From contig JALXBF010000029.1 in assembly GCA_026991575.1 (NCBI GenBank), positions 1-64,000 of the forward strand: a DNA stretch of 64,000 bases. Direction: 5' to 3'. Position 1 is the first letter of the stretch. Each line of letters starts with the position of its first letter. Positions 22,105 through 32,643 of the stretch are shown in pieces. Source of the stretch: Planctomycetota bacterium (GTDB taxonomy: Bacteria; Planctomycetota; Planctomycetia; JALXBF01). The position numbers were made by a program, and so were the translations under genes. The notes beneath the pieces were generated by a model. That model made no database searches and was not told the DNA's origin. It saw only the letters and a program-made list of their open reading frames with translations.

Positions 22105-25100
22105 TTAGCGTGCGTTCAGACCGAGCTCGACCAGCAGATCGATGACGGTAGCCGGGCCGCCATCGTCCTGAAGCTCGCCCTGGCCACCGAAGTCGACGTC
22201 CCACACGCCGGTGCTAGTGACGTACGCATACCGCACGAGCAGGCCGCGATCGTCCAGAGCCAGCAACACGCGCCCGGCGCCGTCGCGGCCCGGCAGAACA
22301 TCGACAATCTGGGCGATGCTGTTGCCGGTGGGATGACCCGGGAGCGTGTCCTCTCGCCAGACGAGCCCATCGTCGCTGCGGAACTCGATCAGCTGACCTC
22401 CGTACGTCTTCGCGTACACGTAGATGCTGCCGTTGAGCTGGCCGGCTGCAAGACCGGCCTCAAGCACCAGCGGCGCATCGGTAGCCGGGTCATGCAGGAC
22501 GTTCCGTTTCCAGTCGCCTCCTTGCCGCTTCAAATGGACCAGCGCCCCGTCGGCCTGGACCGCAATCACATTTCGGCCCACGCCGCCGCCGGTGACCACG
22601 TCGACAAGCGGCTGGTAGGCGCCGGGATCCAAGGGCCGCACCCGCACGCGGTTGCCGACCAGCCGGACCTCGGTCAGTTGTCCGCCCGGGGTTACGCCGT
22701 AAGCAAACACCCACGGCTTCGCGGACGCCGGTCGGGCGACGTACAGGCCGGGTAGGCCGCTGAACCGCGGCGCCGCCGGGCCACGGGCTCCGTTGAGCAC
22801 CTGGGCCGACCAGCCCTCTGCTCGTTGGAATCGGAACACAGTCAGCGCACCACCCCGTGAGCGGGCCACGACGAGGAAGCCACCTCGAATCCGCGCGGCC
22901 TCTACCCCTTCGGCCAAAGCAGGAACGCGTACCTGTGCGCTGACGTTGCTAACCACCCACCGCTTGCCGGCTCGACGGTACCAGGCGAGGTCTCCAGCTG
23001 GGGTGACGCCGAAGACATAGCGGATGCGTCCGGCACGATCGGTAATCACGGCACTAGTGCCGCCAATCAGCGGCCCGGACACCTGCGCGGTTACGTCCGT
23101 GACGACCAGCTTCGCGCCCCGGCGCTCCAGGATGTTCACATGGCCGGCACGGTCGACGATCGCCGAGGGCTTGTCTGGATAGTAGAGCGCCCCCCCGAGG
23201 GCGTACGGGGCGGAGAACGGGCCGACGAGGCCATAGTTCAGCGGAAACTGCGTGATCGTTCCGGCCGGTGGCAGGTCCGGACCACCGGTCCAGTAGCCGC
23301 CCACGATAATCTGCGGACCGAACGGTCCCGGATTCGGATGTCCGGCCGGCACGTTCGCACTCAGCACGCCGCCCAGCGTCGGGCTCCCGAAGAGCAGTTC
23401 GACTTCGCCGGCATCCTCCACGGTACTCTGCAGCCGCAGCGTGTCGGCTCCTGGCGAACCGACCACAAGATCCCATCCTTCGCCAACACTTGGCGAATCA
23501 TGTACCTGACCGACACCGGCGACGGCCGTGCCCATGAACTGCCGCTCCATGCGGCCCTCGAAAATGACGCCTACGTTCTTCAGTGGTGAGTTGATCAGCG
23601 TCACCAGTGGCAGAACGGTGCCGGAGGCGATCTGGTACGCGTCCGTTCCAAGAAGGAGGTAGACACGTCCGGCATCGGGCAGCACCGGACCAAATTCCGG
23701 CTTGACGTCGGCCAGCGGTGCGCCGATGACCAGGTCGTCCACTTCGTCCAGCGCGCCCTGCGGGTCCCGGATGTTACCGGTCGGGGCCAGCGCGACGCCG
23801 GTGCGGTCCCCGCGCGCGGCGCCCTGGATCGTTACGCCGATCGGCTGGCTACTGGCCACGAAGCTGGTCACCAGGATCGGCGTCACGGCGCCCGAGCCGT
23901 CTGTCCGCTGGGCGAAGTTGCCGCCCACTTCGCGGCCAAAGACGATGTACACCTCTCCAGCATTGGGCAGGGTCCTCTCGCCGCGTGGCGTGGAAACGGT
24001 TACGTCGCGGTTGGGCGCCGCGAACATGAAGTCGCTGATGCCATCGTTGTCGAAGTCCCCGGCTGCGGCGACCGTCATGCCAAGCCGGTCACCGTGTTGG
24101 GCGCCCTGCACGGGGATGGCACCCAGCGCCAGGAGATCATCGTTGTTATCCAGTTCGTACACGCCACGGGTGTCCGGTGTAGCCAGCAGGGTGCCGGGGA
24201 AGAAGTAGACCCGTCCCGGCCGGTCCGGCGTGATTCCCGGACAGGCGTTGTCGGAACAGGCATCCGGTGCGCCGGCCAGAAAGTCCGGCTCAGGAGAAGC
24301 ATCCACCGAGAACGGATCGGGACGATTGGTCCGCAAGCCCGGGTCGTGCACGCCCGAAACACTCCAACCGAGGTGAGCGTCACGCGAGGGGCCGTAGACG
24401 ATGCTGCCGCGATTTGTCACGACCAAGTCGTCGACGTTGAGCACGCCCGGCGATCGCTCGACGCCACCGTCCATGCGCTCATTGCCGCCGATGACGTAAA
24501 TGGCCCCGCGGTTGAAGTCGGCCGGATCAGCCGGCGATTCAGCCCGCGGCGCACCGAGCACGATGAACGGCTCTGCCCCGGGTACCCTTGCGGCACCGAT
24601 GCCCGCCACCGAGTAGCCCAGTTGATCGCCGGGGCGGGCCCCCTGGTAGATCTGCCACGATCCTGGCTGCGTTGTGGCCAGGGGATCAAGGTCCCGTAGG
24701 TCGATGGTGACGTCCGCAAGCGTCAAGGTCTGGCCGGCGTCAAGCTTTGCACGCGCTTGCAGCCAGACGTTGACAAGAAAATCACCACCGATCAGATACA
24801 CGCGTCCTCGATCGGTGTTGATGTCCTCCAACGTGCCTTCGATCTGCTCAGCGCGGGGGGCTCCGATGAGCAGATCAGGCTTGCCGTCGCCGATGATGTT
24901 ACCGGCTGCGGCGACGCTGAAGCCGGCCCGGTCACCTGCACGCGCACCGATAATTCGAATCGCCTGTGCATTGGCGAGCAACCGTTCAAGCGGGCGGCAA
25001 CGTTGGGTAGTGGTGGGGCTGACGCAGCCTTCGAGGGTCGCAGCTTCAAGATGCTCGCCACCGAAGACAACGTACACTGCCCCCGCATCCTGACGGCCCT

Positions 25101-25311
25101 CTGGGTCGGCCAGCGGCTCGGCGATCACGAAATCGTCGCCGACCATCTTCAGCGGCGCGCTGTCCAGCAGGTTGCCCAGCGGCTTCACCTGCGCACCGAG
25201 CGCAGCTTCCGGATCGTTGCCCGTGATGAGTGTCGAGAGCAGTTCGCGTTCTTCCAGGCGTTCCAGCGAAAGCCGGCGCGCGCTGCGCTTGGTTCGACTC
25301 TTAGCCGCCAC
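22105..25311 (-). CDS. Secreted FG-GAP (integrin-alpha-like) repeat protein with C-terminal lectin-like propeller
   Basis: GGAGG then GTG 25311; RRLSLERLEERELLS planctomycete motif; about 7 repeats such as GDRAGFSVAAAG...DLLIGAP and AGDFDNDGISDFMFAAP...AGEVYIVFG; C-terminal W-containing blades. Confidence 0.85.
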   Translation of the reverse strand: MAAKSRTKRSARRLSLERLEERELLSTLITGNDPEAALGAQVKPLGNLLDSAPLKMVGDDFVIAEPLADPEGRQDAGAVYVVFGGEHLEAATLEGCVSPTTTQRCRPLERLLANAQAIRIIGARAGDRAGFSVAAAGNIIGDGKPDLLIGAPRAEQIEGTLEDINTDRGRVYLIGGDFLVNVWLQARAKLDAGQTLTLADVTIDLRDLDPLATTQPGSWQIYQGARPGDQLGYSVAGIGAARVPGAEPFIVLGAPRAESPADPADFNRGAIYVIGGNERMDGGVERSPGVLNVDDLVVTNRGSIVYGPSRDAHLGWSVSGVHDPGLRTNRPDPFSVDASPEPDFLAGAPDACSDNACPGITPDRPGRVYFFPGTLLATPDTRGVYELDNNDDLLALGAIPVQGAQHGDRLGMTVAAAGDFDNDGISDFMFAAPNRDVTVSTPRGERTLPNAGEVYIVFGREVGGNFAQRTDGSGAVTPILVTSFVASSQPIGVTIQGAARGDRTGVALAPTGNIRDPQGALDEVDDLVIGAPLADVKPEFGPVLPDAGRVYLLLGTDAYQIASGTVLPLVTLINSPLKNVGVIFEGRMERQFMGTAVAGVGQVHDSPSVGEGWDLVVGSPGADTLRLQSTVEDAGEVELLFGSPTLGGVLSANVPAGHPNPGPFGPQIIVGGYWTGGPDLPPAGTITQFPLNYGLVGPFSAPYALGGALYYPDKPSAIVDRAGHVNILERRGAKLVVTDVTAQVSGPLIGGTSAVITDRAGRIRYVFGVTPAGDLAWYRRAGKRWVVSNVSAQVRVPALAEGVEAARIRGGFLVVARSRGGALTVFRFQRAEGWSAQVLNGARGPAAPRFSGLPGLYVARPASAKPWVFAYGVTPGGQLTEVRLVGNRVRVRPLDPGAYQPLVDVVTGGGVGRNVIAVQADGALVHLKRQGGDWKRNVLHDPATDAPLVLEAGLAAGQLNGSIYVYAKTYGGQLIEFRSDDGLVWREDTLPGHPTGNSIAQIVDVLPGRDGAGRVLLALDDRGLLVRYAYVTSTGVWDVDFGGQGELQDDGGPATVIDLLVELGLNAR

Positions 25312-25397
25312 GTTCGTCCTCCACTCATCTCGGTGACGTCGCCCTCCGGCCCCAAGGGCTCTGCGCCCGTTCTCTCTGTCTGCCCCCCTCATGTCGC

Positions 25398-28300
25398 TTA
25401 GACCCCGCCGCCATCCAGGCCGGAATCGTCGGAGCTATCGTCCTGATCGCCGGAACTAACGTAGCTCAGTGCCCAGTCGCTCAATGGGTCCGGCCCGCCA
25501 AACAGCAGTTCCGCGATGGCACCATCGATCGACTCCACGAGCACGTCCCCCGTGTTCGTAGCGGCGACGTCGCCGGTCAGGGGTACGTCGTTGCGGACGC
25601 TCCAGTCCCAGCCGCTTGCGCCAAGCTCATAGACCACCAGCTGACCGTCCTTGGTCCGACCGATGACATATGTCCGCTGGGCTGTCTCGTCGTAGTACAG
25701 CTCCAGTTCACCCTGGAGCCGAGGCCCATGCAGCGGCATGCTCACGGGCTGCCCCGACCAGCGCCGGCCGCGCTTTTCGTACATGACCAGGTTGCCGGCA
25801 CGGTCAATGCCGAGGACGCGACGTACGATTCGACCGTTCTCGCTGATCTCGCGGGCAGCCAATCCGGCTACGATTCGCGGGACTCGGTCACGCACTTCGA
25901 CCGGGCGGGAAATCCAGCGGCCATCGCCCGTACGAACGATTTCGACCAGTTGACCGTCGCGTCGGACCGCATACAGCAGCGCGCCGCGAATCGCCTCGGC
26001 ATCGTCGGCACGGTGGGTCACTGCCAGCGTGCGGTCCGACAGCCGCTCCAGATTTGCGAGCTGGGTGACGTTCCGAACCGTCCAGACACCGCCGATCAGC
26101 TCATACGCGATCAGCCGGCCGTTACGATCCACGCCGGCCACGATCACCTGTTCGGCGCCCGTCTGCGGATCGTGCAGCCTGATCGCACGCAGCGCACCGC
26201 TCAGTGCGGGGCCGCCGGTGGTTGCTGTCACGTCTTCGATGGTCCAGCCCGTCGGCGATGCTGCGTAGCGGATCAGGTGGCCGTTGATCGCCAGACCATA
26301 GACGTCGTAGTACCCCTCGCCGTCGCGGTCAACGGTGGCCATGTAGGAGACGGCACCGAGTTGACCGTCGGTCGGCATCACCGGTTCGGACGGCTGCCAG
26401 CCGGTCTGCGTGCGCAGGAATGGTCGCAGCTGACCACCGGGGCCGAAGGTGAAGGTCATCTGGAGGCCGTCGGCGTTGAGCCCGGCCAGATTATCGATCC
26501 CGGGCTGAACGAACTGCTGATCGGTGCCCTCCGGCGCCATCGGCTGCCCAGGAGTCACGGGCTGATAGCTGCGAGCGTTCCCACTGCTGCTGCCGCCACC
26601 TCGTTGCGCCTGGCTGTCAGTAACCGGCAGCAACATCAACGGGCTACGGCCACGTGCCCCGGAACTGAACGCGCGCGGGCTCTTGTTAGCGAATTCCGGC
26701 GGCAGCTTGGTCCAGAGCATATGCTCGCGCGACAGGTAGATCAGGTCGCGGTAATTGCGCATCGCCTGGGAATCGAGCGCGTAGCCCTTGCGCGCTGCCT
26801 TCCAGCGGTTCTGGATTGGGAAGCTGTTCGGTCCGGGCAACAACCGTCGGATCAGCCGGTTGAGCTGACGCACGCCGATGTAGTTGTCGGGTCGCTCATC
26901 AGCGACGAGGTCGAGGAACCGGAGGCGGTTGATCCGAGCGAGTCGATCGCCGCCGCCCAACAGTCTGGCCATCGCACGCGCGGTCGGATCGATCGCCGGG
27001 TTGGCGACGAAGCGATCGATATCCTGGACAGTGATGATGCCGGGCGTTCCAGCGGCGCGGGCCAGAGCACGCCAGTACTGCGGGTTCAGACGGAAGTAAC
27101 GCAGGGCTATCGAACCTTCGACGGCTGCCACGAAGTTGGCGATGTTGATGTGCGAGTAGGTTCGGTATCGGTCGCTAAAGAGCAGCCGTTCTTGCTTGAC
27201 GTCGTCATCGGTACCGGTAGGGAAGTCGTACGTCTCACCGATGTTGACATCTTCTCGGGGCACCGCCGTCCATTGGAAAATCGAGTTCACGCCGTCCGGA
27301 TTGAGATAGGCACCAAAGTTCGGGATCGCCGAACGCGGAATACGCAGCACCATGTTTGGTGAAGGAACGCCCGACAGATCGCGAACCAGGTACTGATGCA
27401 GTTTCTTCAGCGCCGGATCATTCGGTCGGATCCTTCCCCCCTTCCGCCGAACCTTGTACCAGAGGTCCAGGACGTCGTAACCCAGCACGAAGGAGCCGGC
27501 GGTCACTGGGGCCGCGGCGGAGGTCCCGTTAAAATCGGGTAGAATCGGTGCCATCGAGTTCGTGTCGACCACGTCGGGCCCTTCTAAACCAAGCGAGCTG
27601 AGCCCGAACGTGCTGACGCATGTTCCGGGAGCTGCGTAGTCACTTACGACGTTCCGGCTGGAAAATGCGGTGATCTTGCCAGGGAAGGCAATGTTGTCAC
27701 CGGGTTCTAGTTGACACCGCAGGGTGAGGTCACTGGTAATCGGCGGTGCCTCTCCCGGCGGAACAGGCCCGTACGGATATGCGGCTATCACCTCGACAAC
27801 CTCGTTGAGAACGGCAGGAATGATACTCCCGTCCATGCCATTGAAAAACTGACCCTCATTGCCCGCCGCGCCAACGGGCACAATGCCGTACCGCGAGGCT
27901 TTGTAGAACCGCCGGAACTCGAACTTGAGCGGGATAGCTTCGGACTTGTTCACCTGCACAGCGTGGCGATCGCTGTCGACGTTGTTGTCGGGATCGTCAG
28001 GAAACCTGATTCCCAGGGACATGTTGGCGGCCACAATGGGATACCGCTCCCGCTTCGGTGTTCGCGGGTCATCAGCAAACGGGTTCTGGCGGACCCACTT
28101 GACCGCGGTATATAGGTCCTGGGCAGTGAAGCCAAAGCCCAGGACATTCACTGGCACAATAACCGCCTCGGGAGCGATTTGGTGGATGATGCCCGCTACG
28201 GCAGTTCCGTGGCCATCGGGATCCACGTTACCTGGGCCGGTGAAAGCCGTGTTGAACCCCGGCGCAACCGTTCCCTGGAAGCCCAAGTGGTCGCCGTCAA

Positions 28301-29957
28301 CCCCGGTGTCGATAACCGCTGCGGCAAAGCCACTGCCGTCGTACGGGGCCCGCAGTTCCTTCAAGTCCGTCAATCCAATGTAGCTGCCGCCGGGAGTGTG
28401 CGGCAGCGTGTTTGCGTAGAAGGCCCACACGCCGTCAGCATCCGATACGAACAGGATCTGTCCATCGGCTGAGAAGCTAATGGAGAAGGGCACTCGCAAT
28501 GCCGCGGCCGCGCCGAACAGATCATCGTTCGGATCGGGAAAGCCCGGATCCGTGTCGGCCGGGTCGGGTGGGAAGGCATCCGGATCCGGCACGTTGAAGC
28601 CGGTAGCAAACACCTCTTCGTTCCAAGAGTCGGTGGCCGGATCGTACCACAGTCGCCGAACCGACTTGGACTGGTAGTCCGTGAAGAACAGGCCTCCACC
28701 AAAGAATCCCACCGGGTCAATTGTCATGTCGCCGATCAACATCGGTGGCGCGTTGATGCCCGTAACGTTCGGGTTATCCAATATCGTGCGTGGTCCGATG
28801 AGGTCGACCGGGGGAGAAGTTATGCTGGGGAAATGCACGATACGCGTTACGCCGTCGACCTCCCCGAAGCGCACATCGCTAATCGCCATGAACAGCCCGC
28901 CATAGACCTGCTGAGCAGGCGTCCCATAGAAGCCCCCGGAGATGACGCCGCCACCGGGGTGAAAGACCATAGCCCGTACGTCCATGTCTACCGGGCTAAC
29001 GTACGGCGCTAAATCGGGATCATTCGGGGTAGGCATCAGCACGCGTGGCAGGATCTCCTCGACCTGGGGATGGAGTACTGCAGTGGCATCAAGGTCGATT
29101 GGGGCAGGAATGCCAGGCGAAACGCGCCAGAGCACGTTGCCATCGCGGTCTGGCGGCGCGTCGAAGAAGTCGTCGTCAACGCCGTCCATAACGTACAGGT
29201 CCGTTCCAAACGAGCCGCCTGGGCCAAGCGCCAGCGCGACCGGGGAGTTATCCAGGCGGTCGAGCTGTGGAGCAAGATCCGTGGGGGCAACATTGCGGCG
29301 GGAGAAGGCCCACAGGTTCGTGTTGAATGGGGGAGTTGGGTTGGCGACCAGCGAGCCGTCGGGCAGGAACGCGTAAATCCCGTTAAGCGGGTTCACCCCC
29401 GGGCCCGGGTCGTCCTGGTCGGCCACGCTAATAAACATCGTTGGACCGCCATTGACTCGACTAAACACCCCCTTGTAGTCGAAGGCGATATCAAACCACG
29501 CTGTATACGCGTCGATGTCCACATCGGCGCCCGCACCACCCGGGATGTAGCCGAAGACTTTCTTGTTCTGCGCGGGGTCAGTGATCCCGAAGCCTGAACC
29601 AAGCGTTGCGTACGGATCCACCCGGTAGATCGTGCCGATCGCATCGGGCGGTGCAGGGGGAATAATGCCGCCACCGGCCTGCGGAATGCCTCGCGATACG
29701 ACGTACACATCGCCCCCAAACAAACCGGTCGGATCCGCCTCGATCCTCCCGGTCACGGTGCTCAGCAGGCGAACGCTGACGAAGCCATCCGTCGTAGCAC
29801 CGACCGTGCCGAAAGGCTGCCATGCCGTGCCGCTGACCACCGTGGGCGCCAGCAAGCAACGCTCTTCCAACGTCTCGAAGTCGCGCAGCCGCGGGCGGGT
29901 GCGGTCTGTTTGGCGCGTATCTTGTCCACGTTGCGTTCGTCGCCTGGATATGAGCAT
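25398..29957 (-). CDS. Large secreted S8 (subtilisin-like) peptidase with propeller domains
   Basis: RPRLRDFETLEERCLLA motif; triad AVIDTGVDGDH / DGHGTAVAG / FNGTSAAAP; oxyanion AAGNEG; C-terminal lectin-like blades. Confidence 0.88.
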   Translation of the reverse strand: MLISRRRTQRGQDTRQTDRTRPRLRDFETLEERCLLAPTVVSGTAWQPFGTVGATTDGFVSVRLLSTVTGRIEADPTGLFGGDVYVVSRGIPQAGGGIIPPAPPDAIGTIYRVDPYATLGSGFGITDPAQNKKVFGYIPGGAGADVDIDAYTAWFDIAFDYKGVFSRVNGGPTMFISVADQDDPGPGVNPLNGIYAFLPDGSLVANPTPPFNTNLWAFSRRNVAPTDLAPQLDRLDNSPVALALGPGGSFGTDLYVMDGVDDDFFDAPPDRDGNVLWRVSPGIPAPIDLDATAVLHPQVEEILPRVLMPTPNDPDLAPYVSPVDMDVRAMVFHPGGGVISGGFYGTPAQQVYGGLFMAISDVRFGEVDGVTRIVHFPSITSPPVDLIGPRTILDNPNVTGINAPPMLIGDMTIDPVGFFGGGLFFTDYQSKSVRRLWYDPATDSWNEEVFATGFNVPDPDAFPPDPADTDPGFPDPNDDLFGAAAALRVPFSISFSADGQILFVSDADGVWAFYANTLPHTPGGSYIGLTDLKELRAPYDGSGFAAAVIDTGVDGDHLGFQGTVAPGFNTAFTGPGNVDPDGHGTAVAGIIHQIAPEAVIVPVNVLGFGFTAQDLYTAVKWVRQNPFADDPRTPKRERYPIVAANMSLGIRFPDDPDNNVDSDRHAVQVNKSEAIPLKFEFRRFYKASRYGIVPVGAAGNEGQFFNGMDGSIIPAVLNEVVEVIAAYPYGPVPPGEAPPITSDLTLRCQLEPGDNIAFPGKITAFSSRNVVSDYAAPGTCVSTFGLSSLGLEGPDVVDTNSMAPILPDFNGTSAAAPVTAGSFVLGYDVLDLWYKVRRKGGRIRPNDPALKKLHQYLVRDLSGVPSPNMVLRIPRSAIPNFGAYLNPDGVNSIFQWTAVPREDVNIGETYDFPTGTDDDVKQERLLFSDRYRTYSHINIANFVAAVEGSIALRYFRLNPQYWRALARAAGTPGIITVQDIDRFVANPAIDPTARAMARLLGGGDRLARINRLRFLDLVADERPDNYIGVRQLNRLIRRLLPGPNSFPIQNRWKAARKGYALDSQAMRNYRDLIYLSREHMLWTKLPPEFANKSPRAFSSGARGRSPLMLLPVTDSQAQRGGGSSSGNARSYQPVTPGQPMAPEGTDQQFVQPGIDNLAGLNADGLQMTFTFGPGGQLRPFLRTQTGWQPSEPVMPTDGQLGAVSYMATVDRDGEGYYDVYGLAINGHLIRYAASPTGWTIEDVTATTGGPALSGALRAIRLHDPQTGAEQVIVAGVDRNGRLIAYELIGGVWTVRNVTQLANLERLSDRTLAVTHRADDAEAIRGALLYAVRRDGQLVEIVRTGDGRWISRPVEVRDRVPRIVAGLAAREISENGRIVRRVLGIDRAGNLVMYEKRGRRWSGQPVSMPLHGPRLQGELELYYDETAQRTYVIGRTKDGQLVVYELGASGWDWSVRNDVPLTGDVAATNTGDVLVESIDGAIAELLFGGPDPLSDWALSYVSSGDQDDSSDDSGLDGGGV

Positions 29958-30426
29958 CGTCTGCGTTCTCCTTGCTTGTCACGCGGCGTGCCGCCTCGGG
30001 GCCACTCCACGCCCGCCAACCCCGAGGCCGTACGCGCCTGGCGGTGGCTCGTCGCAGCAAAGCGGCGCGCTTCAGATCGTGCGCGCACCGCCATCCTCGC
30101 TGACGCGACCACGGGAGACCGTGCGCGAACCGCACGGTGTGCGAAGAGGACAGGTGATCGGCGGACACCCGCGTCGAGCATCAACCCCCCGGTCGCCCGG
30201 GCATCCGCTTGGACCAAACATCTCGGTCCTGGCCGGTGGCGTTAGCCTGTAGCGTGAGCTTTCCTACTGCGTCGCGACTACGAATATGATCACGACTCCG
30301 CGGCCAATTCGCAAGGGGTTTTATGCGCTTTTTGGCCGCTATCGCCCCGACCATGTCGGCTCGTGCAAAAGAAACGTGCGACGGGCTCCTACGCCCATCG
30401 CACGTACGGAATGTTCGCCGGCCCTG

Positions 30427-30822
30427 CTAGCTCGCCCGCGGCGTGTTCGCGCGGCGACGCACATCCAGCTCGATCGCACCAAACATCGCCTCGTGCCGCT
30501 GGATCGTCATCTGCAGCGCACCCAGAAGCCGCTTGGCCGTGTAGTAGTTCATGATCAGCCGGTGCGCGATCTTGACCGTCTGCGGCCCCGGCGCAAACGG
30601 CTGCGGATTCAGCCCAAAATCGATGATCACCTCCTCGGGCGTCTGCATCACGCGGGCAAAGTTCGCATACGCGCTGTGCGCCTGACTGTCATCGACCACC
30701 ACCTGCGGCTGAGCAGGACGCGCGGCCTGGGCAGGCTGTTGCTGTTGCTGCTGCTGCTGCTGCTCAGCCTGCTCCTGCTGCTTCTCTTCGTTACGAGCCT
30801 CTCGGGCCTCTACCTCAGCCAC
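30427..30822 (-). CDS. DUF3467 family protein with N-terminal poly-Gln
   Basis: AYANFARVMQTPEEVIIDFGLNPQ...RLIMNYYTAKRLLGAL...RHEAMFG; GGGAGG RBS; TACAAT -10 upstream. Confidence 0.85.
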   Translation of the reverse strand: MAEVEAREARNEEKQQEQAEQQQQQQQQQPAQAARPAQPQVVVDDSQAHSAYANFARVMQTPEEVIIDFGLNPQPFAPGPQTVKIAHRLIMNYYTAKRLLGALQMTIQRHEAMFGAIELDVRRRANTPRAS

Positions 30823-31088
30823 GACAATCCTCCCATCTCCGATGTGCAGCGGCCAACGCCTGAACCAACCTGTCCGTGCAGCTCCCGGTGGCCGCGATCC
30901 CGAAAGCTACACGGCGTTCTCAATGCCGCGGCAGCGTCATTGTACCGGAACCCACCGCGGCACAGGCAGCCGATTCTGCCGCAACCGGCGTGCCAAACCG
31001 TAACCCGTTGCCACGCCGCCGTCCATCGCCACAGCCCAGGCCACGCGGCGCATCCGGCGGGCAACAGCTGTCTTCGCCGCGCAACAGC

Positions 31089-31697
31089 TCACGTATCCCG
31101 AAAAGCCAGCAGGCTCTGAACCGGCCGCCGCGTCCGCGACAGATCCCGAAAGCGATGGATGCGAAGATGCGGCGCGTACAGCGTCAGTAACTCATTTGGC
31201 CCCAACAGATGCGCCGGATTGCTGATCCGAAAGCCCGGCCAGTCCAGCGCCTCACGTGTGAAGGTCTCGTAGATCAGCGCCCCACCGACCCGCAGACTCC
31301 GCACGATCCGGTACGGCAGGGTCGCCCGCTCCAGAAACAGGAACACGGTGATCAGGTCGTAGCGGTTCTCGGGCAGCGGATAGCTGTACGCATCCGCTGA
31401 AAACAGCCGCACGGTCACGCCATAGCGGGCCGCCAGTCGACGGGCCCGCCGCAATGCCTCCAGCGAAATGTCAAACGCATCCACCTGCCACCCAAGCCGC
31501 GCCAGCGCCACGGCCACATGACCCTCGCCGCAGGCAACATCCAGTGCCCGCCCGGTACCCGGCAACCACTCCAGGCACTCCGTCAGCCACTCGGGGACCT
31601 TCAGCTGCTCAGGCTCACGGCGCTGGCCGTAGCGCGCGTTCCAACGGGCCCGATCCTCGTACGGCAAGGACGTCGTCTCCAGAGGGTGGAAGATCAT
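31089..31697 (-). CDS. Class I SAM-dependent methyltransferase (TehB-like)
   Basis: RWNARY, RALDVACGEG, VDAFDIS, YDLI, GGALIYETF, LGPNEL. Confidence 0.85.
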   Translation of the reverse strand: MIFHPLETTSLPYEDRARWNARYGQRREPEQLKVPEWLTECLEWLPGTGRALDVACGEGHVAVALARLGWQVDAFDISLEALRRARRLAARYGVTVRLFSADAYSYPLPENRYDLITVFLFLERATLPYRIVRSLRVGGALIYETFTREALDWPGFRISNPAHLLGPNELLTLYAPHLRIHRFRDLSRTRRPVQSLLAFRDT

Positions 31698-31951
31698 AGA
31701 GGACGGCGCATGGAGGAGATCCAGACTCTAAGATTTTAGGGCGGCAGGGCCGGCTGCCGGAGCAATCCCAACGCCAACCCCCTACGCCCCGTAACGCCGT
31801 TAGGTACCCAGCGGGCGCGGGCCGCCGTTGCGGGGCGCGTGGATCAGCAGGAAGAACCGTACCTGCCAAAGCCGGACGCTTCTCCGGGCAGAAGGGCGCC
31901 CAGGTGAAGCTGGCACCGATCGCCTGCCGCCGAGCATCAACGACAACAGCG

Positions 31952-32437
31952 ATGCGTTACATGCTGCTCCCCGAAAAAGCGGGCACGCCCATCCTCTTTG
32001 ACCGACCGCTGCTGGTCATCGGGCGACACCCGCAGTGCGATGTGCGGTTTGAGTCCCGTCGCGTGTCCCGCTTCCACTGTTGTCTGGCGAACCTGGGCGA
32101 GCGGGGCATCTTGGTGCGTGATCTTGGTAGCACGAATGGCACCTTCGTCAACGGCCATCGCGTCCGGGAGGCCCGACTCCGCCCAGGAGACCGCCTGCGT
32201 ATCGCCGGGGAGGTTGAGTACCGGATCGAGCAAGCTGCTTCGCCGGCCGAGGATGACGATGTCCTGAGCATGCCCAGGTCGTCTCAGCTTGACCTGTCCG
32301 ATAGTCCTGTCGACTCCTCTTCCAGCGCGCCGCTTCCGCTTCCGGATTCGGACCAGGACGTGCAGCTGGAGTTTGATAGCGACGAGAAGCTCGACGCACA
32401 CCTCAGCGAAGGGGCCGACGAGGAAGGGCAGGGTTGA
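31952..32437 (+). CDS. FHA domain protein
   Basis: VIGRHPQCDV...VSRFHCC...VRDLGSTNGTFVNG...LRPGDRLRIA; acidic tail. Confidence 0.9.
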   Translation: MRYMLLPEKAGTPILFDRPLLVIGRHPQCDVRFESRRVSRFHCCLANLGERGILVRDLGSTNGTFVNGHRVREARLRPGDRLRIAGEVEYRIEQAASPAEDDDVLSMPRSSQLDLSDSPVDSSSSAPLPLPDSDQDVQLEFDSDEKLDAHLSEGADEEGQG

Positions 32438-32492
32438 CCTAAGCGATGGGAGTGCGTAGGGTTTAAGCGAAGCGGACGATTCCGGAGCATCT

Positions 32493-32546
32493 ATGCCGAA
32501 CCTGCCCCTGCTGCTAAAGCTGCTACGACTTCGTCCGGGCCGTTGA
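32493..32546 (+). CDS. leuL: Leucine-rich attenuator leader peptide MPNLPLLLKLLRLRPGR
   Basis: GGAG RBS at 32484; 7 of 17 codons are Leu, including 2 CTA and 1 CTT; preceded by TTGACC-N17-TAGGGT (32434-32462); directly upstream of leuA. Confidence 0.85.
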   Translation: MPNLPLLLKLLRLRPGR

Positions 32547-32607
32547 GGGCCCCGGGGCAGGTGCTGGCTGAACAGGCTGACAGGTAAAGAAGCGAGACAA
32601 GTCGTCG

Positions 32608-32643
32608 CCCTGGGCCCGAACAGGTGCCCAGGGTTGTTTTTTT
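32608..32643 (+). terminator. Attenuator terminator of the leuA leader
   Basis: Stem CCCTGGGC / GCCCAGGG followed by TTGTTTTTTT; competing antiterminator strand GGGCCCCGGGGC at 32547-32558. Confidence 0.85.

Noticed and set aside
25728..27362. 544-aa plus-strand ORF
   Set aside because: Antisense to the subtilase gene.
30362..30381. Possible sigma54 promoter (TCGCACG...TTGCA, minus strand) upstream of the subtilase operon
   Set aside because: It lacks the GG dinucleotide and the GG-N10-GC spacing.
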